Source of the DNA: an uncultured Thermoleophilia bacterium
GTDB taxonomy: Bacteria; Actinomycetota; Thermoleophilia; Gaiellales; Gaiellaceae
Assembly (NCBI GenBank): GCA_963721235.1
Contig: CAVRIK010000007.1
Span: 415,398-479,397 of the forward strand
Direction of reading: 5' to 3'
DNA length: 64,000 bases
How positions within the stretch are numbered: position 1 is the first letter of the stretch; the number at the start of each line of letters is the position of its first letter. Below are positions 52,701-59,319 of this stretch, piece by piece. Below the pieces are notes generated by a model. The model saw nothing but the letters and a program-made list of their open reading frames with translations. It was not told the origin of the DNA and ran no database searches. Both the position numbers and the translations under genes were made by a program.

Positions 52701-55700
52701 ATCAACGGGCTCCCGATCAACGGGCTGCCGATCAACGGCCTGCCGATCAACGGCCTGCCGATCAACGGGCTCCCGATCAACGGGCTGGACCTCTCGGCCT
52801 CGCCGATCAACGGGCTCCCGATCAACGGCATGCCGATCAACGGGCTGCTCGCGGCCGTAGTCGACTGCACGAAGATCGACTGCACGACGAAGACGCTCGG
52901 CGACGCGGCGGCCGCAGGCGCGCTCCAGCCGGGCGCGACGATCCTCGACCTGCTGAACCTCCTGCTGCAGCCCGGCAGCCCCGTGCGGGACTCGCTGACG
53001 CTCGGAGACGTGATCGGCCTGCTGATCAAGCGATCCGACGTGCCGTGGGAGACGCTCTCGCCACGGCTCCTCTCGGCCTTCGACCCGGAACGCAAGACGC
53101 TGCCGCTGACCGCCCACTTCACGCTGCAGGGGACGGGCGACAACGGCTCCGCGACCGTGAAGGTGACGTTGCCGGACGGCTTCGACTATGTCCCGAACTC
53201 GGCCGGTGAGAGCGTCGGCGAGCCGACGGTCAGCGGGCACACGCTCACGTGGAACCTCACCGGCGTGCCCTTCGACAGCACGCAGTCGATCTCGTTCGAG
53301 GCGTGGTCGGGCACCTCCGTCGGGCCGGCCCAGGCGACGGAGACCGTCACGTCGGGCACCGCAACCGACTCGTCGACGGCGCCCTTCTCCGTCACGGACA
53401 GCTTCGGGACGAACGGCACGCCGGCGCAGGCGCAGGAGATCACCCCGGACCAGAACGTCGAGCTGTCCGCGATCCCGAACCGCGGTGCCGTCGACTACTA
53501 CAAGATCCCGCTGCCGGCGGCCGGCACGCGGCTGCAGGTGCACCTGACGAACCTCCAGGCCGACTACGACCTGGCGCTCTACGCCGACCACACGACTTCC
53601 GTGCGCACGGGCGCGGGAACGGGCGCGCCCCTCCAGGACGGCGTGATCGCCGACCAGTCGCTCAATCTCGCGGGCGGCGCCAACAGCCAGCTCACGCCCA
53701 CCGCGCTGCAGGACGTTCCCGACCCGGGCATCCCGATCGTCCAGGTCTCCGCGAACCGCGGCACCGACGACGAGGACGTCGGCATGGTCTCGCCGGGCGG
53801 CTCGGGCTTCGCGACGATCGCCGTCTTCGGCTACAACGGCGCGTCGAGCACCGAGCCCTACACGCTGCGCGTGACGACGCAGGCGCCGCAGCAGCTCACC
53901 TGCCCCGCGCGTGCCTTCGATCACGGCGGTGAGGGCACGGCCGGCGCGGTGCCGACGATCGGATCGCTGCCCAGCGACCTGAACACCCTGATCCTCGTCA
54001 ACGAGCAGCGGATCGGCGACACGTACGGGTCGACGAGCGAGTCGGACGTCGTCTCGTCGTTGACGCACCTCGCCGGCGACGCGGCACTCGGCGTGAGCGG
54101 CGCCGTCATCCCGGTCGAGGGCCTGGCCCAGAGCCAGTACGCCACCTGGGACGCGAACCCGTGCGACGTCGACGCGGCCAACGCGATCGCGAACACGATC
54201 GCGAACGAGATCGCCGCCGTGAAGGCGGCCCGTCCGAGCCTCGAGTACGTCGTCTTCGCCGGGGGCGACGACCAGATCCCGTTCTTCCGCATCCCCGACC
54301 TCTCCCGGATCGCGAACGAGAACGGCTTCGCCGGGCAGTTCGGCCAGAACGAGTACTACGGCGCCCTCGCGAGCAGCGACCTCCTGACCGACGACCCCTA
54401 TCTCGACACGCGGCCGATTCCCGCGAGCGGCCGTCAGCTCTTCGTCCCCGACCTGGTCGGCGGCAGGCTCGTCGAGAAGCCCGAGCAGATCGTCGGCGCC
54501 GTCTCGAGGTTCGAGACCTCGAGCGGCACGCTCCGCAGTTCGACCGCCTTCGTCTCCGGCTACGACTTCGTCACCGACGGCAGCGACCTCGTGCAGAGCC
54601 GGCTCTCCTCGATCCTCGGCAGCGGGAACGTGCGGACGCTGATCAGCGACACCTGGTCGAAGAGCACGCTGCTCGGGACGGGCGGCGCCTTCCCGGCCGG
54701 CGGCCCGGCTGCGATCAACGACTGGAACGGCCACTACGACAACCACCAGGCGCTGGCCGCGGACGGCGACCAGACGAATCTCCTCTCGACCGGCAACCTG
54801 ACCGGCACGAACGCGCTCTCGGGCGGGATCTTCTTCACGATGGGCTGCCACGCCGGCTTCCAGACGACCGACGCGATCGTCGGCTCGAGCGCCGCGGACA
54901 AGCTCGATTGGGCCGAGTACTTCGCCGGCACCGGCACGTCGTTCGTCGGCAACACCGGCTTCGGGCTCGGGAACACCGACAGCGTCGCGTTCTCCGAGGA
55001 GCTGATGGCCGGCCTCGCCGGTCACCTCGACGGCTCGGTCTCGATCGGCGAGGCGCTCGCGCGCGTGAAGCAGGACTACTACCTCTCCCGTGGCGCCTAC
55101 AGCTCGTACGACGAGAAGACGCTCGCCGAGGCGGAGCTGTACGGCCTGCCGATGTACGGCGTCGGCCACGCGCCGAGCGCCGTCACGGCGGCGGCCGTGT
55201 CGCCCGACCCGGTGCTCGGCTCGACCAGCTCGACGAGCCCGAGCGAAGGGGCGCTGGCCGCGCTCCCGGGCACGAGCGCCCAGTCGGCGGACTTCTCGGT
55301 CGTCCCGGCCTTCAGCGCCCAGCAGTCGGGCCTGCACGGCTCCTGGTACACGAACGCCGGCCAGGTCCAGGCGCCGAACTACCGGCCGCTGCAGCCGTAC
55401 GTGACGCTGCCCGCCACCCGGAGCGGGCTCACCGCACACGGCGTCCTGATCGACGGCCTCGTCAGCTCCGACCACTCCCCGTTCGACCCCGACAACGTGC
55501 GGCCGACCCTCGACCTGACGGCCAACGAGCCCGAGCCGCAGTTCACCGAGGAGGCCTGGCCGACCAAGGTGCCGACCCTCGTCTCCCTCGACGACGCGAA
55601 CGGCCTCCGCCAGAGCCTCAACCTGACGACGGGGCAGTTCTTCACCGACACGACGAGCCACCAGGGCGTCGAGCGGCTCTGGACGCACATCGGCGGCCGC

Positions 55701-57602
55701 GTCACGTACTCGGCGAGCAACGACTTCGTCCCGCCGTCGATCGACTCGATCAACGCCTTCGTGAGCAACGGCGTCGTCGGGTTCACGGGCAGCTTCAGCG
55801 ATCTCGACCAGAACGGAAACCCGGGCACCGTCGCCCTCGCCCAGGTCGTCTACGACGTCGACTCGAGCGGCACCTGGGAGGCTCTCCCGCTGCAGCACGA
55901 CGCGACGTCCGGGGACTGGACGGGCGGCGCGCCGTTCGCCGGCACGCACGTCCAGTTCTTCGTCGAGGCGTGCGACCTCGCCGGCAACTGCGGGTTCAGC
56001 TCGAACAAGGGCCGCTATTTCGACGCCCAGCCGCTGCCGGCCCAGACGGGCACGATCTCGCTGACGCCGGACCGCCAGCCCGACACGCAGCCCTCGCCCT
56101 GGTACACGCATTCGCTGACCGTGACGGCGGCGACGTCCGGTACCGGCGCGGTGACGGTCAGCGTCGACGGTGGGGCGTTCCAGCCTGCGAGCGGGCCCGT
56201 GACACTGGTGGGCGACGGCGCGCACGTCGTCGACGCGCGCTCGTCGGACGGATCCGAGGCGACTGCCGTCTTCCTGATCGACGGACATGGGCCTGCGGTC
56301 GATCCGTCCGTCAGCCCTGTCGCGCCCGACGGGACGAACGGCTGGTACAAGACCGCCCCCACCGTCACCTTCACCTGCAACGACAACCTCTCCGGGGTCA
56401 AGCCCGGCACGTGCCTCGTCGACGGTGGGGCGAGCGACCACGTGACACTCGGCCAGAGCGTCTCGCCCCAGTCGGTCTCGGCGAGCGCGGTGGACAACGC
56501 AGGCAACACCGGCCACGGCTCCATCTCCGGCCTGAAGGTCGACCTCACCGACCCGGCGGCGCCGACGATCAGCGGCATCCAGAACGGCCAGCACTACACC
56601 GCGGCCAGCCTGCCGCCGGCCGCGGTGATCAGCTGCTCGTCGAGCGATGCGATCTCCGGGCTCGCCGGCTGCGCGATCAGCGGTTACAGCGCGGCAAGCG
56701 GCTCGCACGTACTCACCGCAACGGCGACGGACAACGCCGGTCGCACGAAAACCGCGACGCTGACGTACACCGTGGTCGGCTCGACGCTCGACGGGAAGGT
56801 CCTCCTCTCGCGCCTCTTCCGCATCTGGCTGCTCGACCCCGCGACGGGCCACGCGACGAAGCTGTCCGGCAGCGTCGGCCCCTTCGACGACCAGCCGGCC
56901 CGCTCGCCCGACGGCCAGAAGATCGTGTTCTCGCGCCGCTCGACGCCGCTCGGCGCCTCACAGCTCTGGGTGATGAACGCCGACGGCGGCGGAGCGAAGC
57001 AGCTCACGACGACGAGCGGCGACTCCAGCAATCCACGCTGGTCGCGTGACGGTTCGCAGATCGCGTTCCAGTCCACCCGTCCGGGCTCGAAGGGCTACGA
57101 CGTCTGGGTCGCCAACTGGAACGCCGCCGCCTCGACCCTGAGCGGGTACGTGAACCTGACCAACAGCCCGGGTGCCGACATCGGCCCCACCTGGTCGCCC
57201 GCGGCGACAGGCAAGATCGCGTTCGCGAGCAACCGGACCGGCCAGTTCGACATCTACACGATGAGCAGCTCGGGCGGCACGCCGACGCGCATCACCACCG
57301 AGCCGCGCTCGGACTTCGACCCGGCCTGGTCGCCGGACGGCACGAAGATCGCCTTCTCGAGCAACCAGGCCGCCGACATCGGGAGCTTCGAGATCTACCT
57401 CATGGATGCCTCGGGCGGCGGGACGCGGCGGCTGACGAAGCAGCTCGGGGTGCAGCGGGCGCCCTACTGGTTCACGCCGACTCAGCTCGACTTCACGTCG
57501 AACAAGCTCTTCGGCGGCGGCATCGGGAGCGTCGACACCTCGACCTCGCAGCCCCCGGTTCGCGTCAACGGCTCGATTCTCGGCGACTCGAACCCGGGCT
57601 AG
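49725..57602 (+). CDS. giant secreted multidomain protein with a signal peptide, a parallel beta-helix region, PINGL pentapeptide arrays, a PPC-like domain, a clan CD (gingipain/C25-like) domain, Ig-like domains and a C-terminal TolB-type PD40 beta-propeller
   Basis: Single 2,638-codon ORF (49686..57602); ATG at 49725 preferred. Signal peptide RRVARFLAVAVVALLGAVLAPQALA-GT. GSLREAITEANA plus repeated GN.I.GN.IG beta-helix units. PPC-like GAVDYYKIPL ... DYDLALYAD. NGHYDNHQ ... FFTMGCHAGF. NGWYKTAPTVTFTCNDNLSGV. PD40 repeats (SPDGQKIVFS, SRDGSQIAFQS, SPDGTKIAFSS). Confidence 0.9.
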   Translation: MGKDGPGGAQGPRRVARFLAVAVVALLGAVLAPQALAGTFLVTSSADSGVGSLREAITEANAVSGSTSEIDFTIGSGVATISPTSPLPAITAPVVINGLTQPGVNPPDIVLDGSQCSNGGLPCDGLVVRAGSSTIEGLAVVGFSGRAVVFDGSESGLGGNTLESSYIGWDPNTASFHGSADAGVAIVSSPNNTIGGGSSGTRVVVAGNGGGGSLTEMLVTGSASTGNVVSGNWIGLGADGTSSPDTANGIVITGGAHGNTIGGDQAQGNTLYAFYQDGIDVRDAGGGNIVAGNSIGLDANGGMQGQSDTGIAVENSPNTIIGDGAVPPQNADTTRGNVIVGATGDVGVLVTGASGGTSLAGNFIGTDRQGSSELGNSQGVRVISASGITVGPGNTISGNQSDGVEIASTSGNRIVANSIYGNGIGESGGKGILLDPGANNDIAPPALTDASSLGGTTTGHGTFHGSPNEAVYIEFFNSPTCDPNGGGRTYLGSVTATGDGNGTAQFSFSVGTGPGTAFLTATATDISTADSSEFSNCLASTNGAVGNGTLSGSVQIDPSLEPPGNFPVDLTAAGTGDWAIWGTGTSTSLSPDVRKAGGSSISDLTNIDPDPSVPLRGLGQFNCDPNNVNCTPFAFSWSDGNGDNPKGTGVAAGIQHDGEQTQTSTLGKGFAFDVPADTSTRTLKVYVATNRADGELSASLSDQSAGNYANTLVQATDLRSAIYTITYSAASAGQTLHVQWIETADNCEQFRCDNVAIYAVALSGGSTTTSASAGLTSGPSVGISGSNDLLTDIPLRAFEPAQTGTTPAPINGLPINGLPINGLPINGLPINGLPINGLPINGLPINGLPINGLPINGLPINGLPINGLPINGLALSQSWTDILKGTALEGVPLQTITLQDVLALNPQPAAVQNLTLGDLELAGSDLGKITIGALALGSTPINGLPAADANAIETQLQAWCNSVVAPADAATSCTTASLGTASLFALGLAGAPINGLPINGLPINGLPINGLPINGLPINGLDLSASPINGLPINGMPINGLLAAVVDCTKIDCTTKTLGDAAAAGALQPGATILDLLNLLLQPGSPVRDSLTLGDVIGLLIKRSDVPWETLSPRLLSAFDPERKTLPLTAHFTLQGTGDNGSATVKVTLPDGFDYVPNSAGESVGEPTVSGHTLTWNLTGVPFDSTQSISFEAWSGTSVGPAQATETVTSGTATDSSTAPFSVTDSFGTNGTPAQAQEITPDQNVELSAIPNRGAVDYYKIPLPAAGTRLQVHLTNLQADYDLALYADHTTSVRTGAGTGAPLQDGVIADQSLNLAGGANSQLTPTALQDVPDPGIPIVQVSANRGTDDEDVGMVSPGGSGFATIAVFGYNGASSTEPYTLRVTTQAPQQLTCPARAFDHGGEGTAGAVPTIGSLPSDLNTLILVNEQRIGDTYGSTSESDVVSSLTHLAGDAALGVSGAVIPVEGLAQSQYATWDANPCDVDAANAIANTIANEIAAVKAARPSLEYVVFAGGDDQIPFFRIPDLSRIANENGFAGQFGQNEYYGALASSDLLTDDPYLDTRPIPASGRQLFVPDLVGGRLVEKPEQIVGAVSRFETSSGTLRSSTAFVSGYDFVTDGSDLVQSRLSSILGSGNVRTLISDTWSKSTLLGTGGAFPAGGPAAINDWNGHYDNHQALAADGDQTNLLSTGNLTGTNALSGGIFFTMGCHAGFQTTDAIVGSSAADKLDWAEYFAGTGTSFVGNTGFGLGNTDSVAFSEELMAGLAGHLDGSVSIGEALARVKQDYYLSRGAYSSYDEKTLAEAELYGLPMYGVGHAPSAVTAAAVSPDPVLGSTSSTSPSEGALAALPGTSAQSADFSVVPAFSAQQSGLHGSWYTNAGQVQAPNYRPLQPYVTLPATRSGLTAHGVLIDGLVSSDHSPFDPDNVRPTLDLTANEPEPQFTEEAWPTKVPTLVSLDDANGLRQSLNLTTGQFFTDTTSHQGVERLWTHIGGRVTYSASNDFVPPSIDSINAFVSNGVVGFTGSFSDLDQNGNPGTVALAQVVYDVDSSGTWEALPLQHDATSGDWTGGAPFAGTHVQFFVEACDLAGNCGFSSNKGRYFDAQPLPAQTGTISLTPDRQPDTQPSPWYTHSLTVTAATSGTGAVTVSVDGGAFQPASGPVTLVGDGAHVVDARSSDGSEATAVFLIDGHGPAVDPSVSPVAPDGTNGWYKTAPTVTFTCNDNLSGVKPGTCLVDGGASDHVTLGQSVSPQSVSASAVDNAGNTGHGSISGLKVDLTDPAAPTISGIQNGQHYTAASLPPAAVISCSSSDAISGLAGCAISGYSAASGSHVLTATATDNAGRTKTATLTYTVVGSTLDGKVLLSRLFRIWLLDPATGHATKLSGSVGPFDDQPARSPDGQKIVFSRRSTPLGASQLWVMNADGGGAKQLTTTSGDSSNPRWSRDGSQIAFQSTRPGSKGYDVWVANWNAAASTLSGYVNLTNSPGADIGPTWSPAATGKIAFASNRTGQFDIYTMSSSGGTPTRITTEPRSDFDPAWSPDGTKIAFSSNQAADIGSFEIYLMDASGGGTRRLTKQLGVQRAPYWFTPTQLDFTSNKLFGGGIGSVDTSTSQPPVRVNGSILGDSNPG
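52149..52343 (+). repeat. 13 tandem 15-bp units encoding (PINGL)13 inside the giant ORF
   Basis: Counted directly: CCGATCAACGG(G/C)CT(C/G) x13. The units differ only at the third positions of the Gly and Leu codons. Confidence 0.95.
52698..52847 (+). repeat. second PINGL array: 6 units, a 15-bp DLSAS spacer, then 3 units (one PINGM)
   Basis: Read directly: 52698-52787 and 52803-52847. A solitary PINGL also occurs near 52543. Confidence 0.9.
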
Positions 57603-57606
57603 CGAG

Positions 57607-57936
57607 CTAGACGAGACTGTCGCGCAGCACGGCGAGCGTCTCCGGCACGACCCGAAAGTACGCCCAGCTGCCGCGCTGGTCCCGTTCGACGAGGCCGGCC
57701 TCGAGCAGCACCTTCAGATGGTGGCTGACCGTCGGCTGGGCGAGCCCGAGCGGTTCGGTGAGGTGACAGACGCACGCCTCGCCGGAAGGCTGGGCCTGGA
57801 TCAGGCTGAGGAGCCGGAGGCGGGCCGGGTCGGCGATCACCCGCAGGGCCTGCGCGAGGCGGGCTGCCTCGTCGGCGCCGAGAGGGCCGGCGAGGAGCGG
57901 CGGGCAGGTCGCTGCGATGGTCGCGATCGGCTGCAC
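57607..57936 (-). CDS. arsR: ArsR/SmtB family metalloregulator
   Basis: ORF 57607..58038 trimmed to the GTG at 57936. wHTH LRLLSLIQAQPSGEACVCHLTEPLGLAQPTVSHHLKVL with a CVC metal-binding site. Confidence 0.8.
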   Translation of the reverse strand: MQPIATIAATCPPLLAGPLGADEAARLAQALRVIADPARLRLLSLIQAQPSGEACVCHLTEPLGLAQPTVSHHLKVLLEAGLVERDQRGSWAYFRVVPETLAVLRDSLV

Positions 57937-57953
57937 GGCAACAGATTGACAGA

Positions 57954-57990
57954 GATCGATGTCCTTGTCACACTCGACCGGACATCGATC
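57954..57990. promoter_or_regulatory. 11-bp perfect inverted repeat GATCGATGTCC-N15-GGACATCGATC in the arsR / arsC divergent region; candidate ArsR operator
   Basis: Read directly. It lies between the arsR start (57936) and the arsC start (58013). Confidence 0.5.
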
Positions 57991-58012
57991 GGCGTCGATA
58001 CGAGGAGCAGCG

Positions 58013-58645
58013 ATGAGCCAGGCACTGGATCCGGTCACCCAGCACCACGTCCACCAGGCCGCGGACCGGTTGAAGTCGGAGTTCGCCGGGATCTTCTCGG
58101 TCGAGACGATCGAGCGCTACATCGGCGAGTCGCTCGACCTCCTCGGCAACTCGCGCATCAGCGTCTTCGTGCCGGTGCTCGCGCACCGCTTCGCCCGCGA
58201 GCGCCTGAGGGCGCTCGCACAGGCACAACACCTGATCGCGAGCGACCAGCCGGAGGTGCTGTTCGTCTGCGTGCACAACGCGGGCCGCAGCCAGATGGCC
58301 GCCGGGCTCGTGAAGCTGCGCTCCGAGGGCCGGATCCACGTCCGCTCCGCCGGCAGCACACCCGGCGAGGAGATCAACCCCGCCGTCGTCGAGGCGATGG
58401 AAGAGCTCGGCGTCGACATGAGCGAGGAGTTCCCCAAGCCGCTCACCGACGAGTTCGTACAGGCGGCGGACGTCGTGATCACGATGGGCTGCGGGGATGC
58501 CTGCCCGATCTTCCCCGGCAAGCGCTACGAGGACTGGGAGCTCGACGATCCCGCCGGGCAGGACGTTCGCTCGGTGCGGAAGATCCGCGACGAGATCGAC
58601 CAGCGCGTGCAGCGCTTGATCGCCGAACTGCTCCCGCCCGAGTGA
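58013..58645 (+). CDS. arsC: arsenate reductase, LMW-PTP type, with roughly 85-aa N-terminal helical extension
   Basis: ORF 57959..58645 trimmed to the ATG at 58013. P-loop CVHNAGRSQMA (CX5R), TMGCGDACP and DWELDDPAG. Confidence 0.85.
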   Translation: MSQALDPVTQHHVHQAADRLKSEFAGIFSVETIERYIGESLDLLGNSRISVFVPVLAHRFARERLRALAQAQHLIASDQPEVLFVCVHNAGRSQMAAGLVKLRSEGRIHVRSAGSTPGEEINPAVVEAMEELGVDMSEEFPKPLTDEFVQAADVVITMGCGDACPIFPGKRYEDWELDDPAGQDVRSVRKIRDEIDQRVQRLIAELLPPE

Positions 58646-59301
58646 ACCTCCCGTACCTGAGAGTGCTGGTCGCCGAGGCGATCGGCACCTTCGCGCTCGT
58701 CTTCGCCGGCTGCGGCGCGATCATGGTCGACGCGAAGACGGGCGCGCTCGGCCATGTCGGCGTCGCGTTCACGTTCGGGCTCGTGATCATGGCGATGATC
58801 TATGCGGTCGGGCACGTCTCGGGCGCTCACTTCAACGCGGCCGTGACGTTCGCGTTCGCCCTCACCCGCCACTTCCCGTGGCCCCGCGCGGTCGGCTACT
58901 GGGGAGCCCAGCTCACGGGAGCGTTCGCGGCGGCCCTGCTGCTCCGCGCCTCGCTCGGAGATGTCGCCCACGTCGGAGCGACGTTGCCGTCCGGCTCGCA
59001 GGGCCAGTCGTTTCTCTGGGAGCTCGTGCTGAGCGGGTTTCTGATGTTCGTGATCCTGGCGGTTGCGACCGACACGCGGGCGGTCGGCGAGGCCGCAGCG
59101 ATCGCGATCGGCGGCACGATCGGCCTCGACGCGATGTTCGGCGGTCCGATCTCCGGCGCCTCGATGAACCCCGCCCGCTCGATCGCACCCGCCGTCGTGT
59201 CCGGCGACCTGCATGCGCTCTGGCTCTACATCGCCGCACCGCTCCTCGGCGCCTCGATCGGCGGGCTCGCCTACCAGTTCGTCCGCGGCGAGCACGGCTG
59301 A
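58642..59301 (+). CDS. MIP/aquaporin family channel in the ars operon (probable arsenite channel)
   Basis: GTG at 58642 (GTGA overlap with the arsC stop). Six hydrophobic segments. The first signature reads NAA (58834-58842) and the second is NPA (59167-59175). Confidence 0.85.
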   Translation: MNLPYLRVLVAEAIGTFALVFAGCGAIMVDAKTGALGHVGVAFTFGLVIMAMIYAVGHVSGAHFNAAVTFAFALTRHFPWPRAVGYWGAQLTGAFAAALLLRASLGDVAHVGATLPSGSQGQSFLWELVLSGFLMFVILAVATDTRAVGEAAAIAIGGTIGLDAMFGGPISGASMNPARSIAPAVVSGDLHALWLYIAAPLLGASIGGLAYQFVRGEHG

Positions 59302-59319
59302 GGCCGGTCGGGCCGCCGG

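Noticed and set aside
52149-52847. Possible CRISPR array or minisatellite
   Set aside because: The units are 15 bp, directly abutting with no spacers, in frame and inside a long ORF. No cas genes are present. It is a coding tandem repeat.
51995-53143. Minus-strand ORF with PLIGS/PLIGR repeats
   Set aside because: It is simply the reverse-complement reading of the PINGL-encoding 15-bp units. The plus-strand frame is continuous with well-supported flanking domains.
51120-56852. 1,910-aa minus-strand ORF antisense to the giant gene
   Set aside because: It has an extreme Arg/Gly/Asp/Val composition and no recognisable motifs, and it is exactly antisense to a plus-strand ORF with many clear domains. 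This is a typical stop-poor antisense frame in GC-rich DNA.
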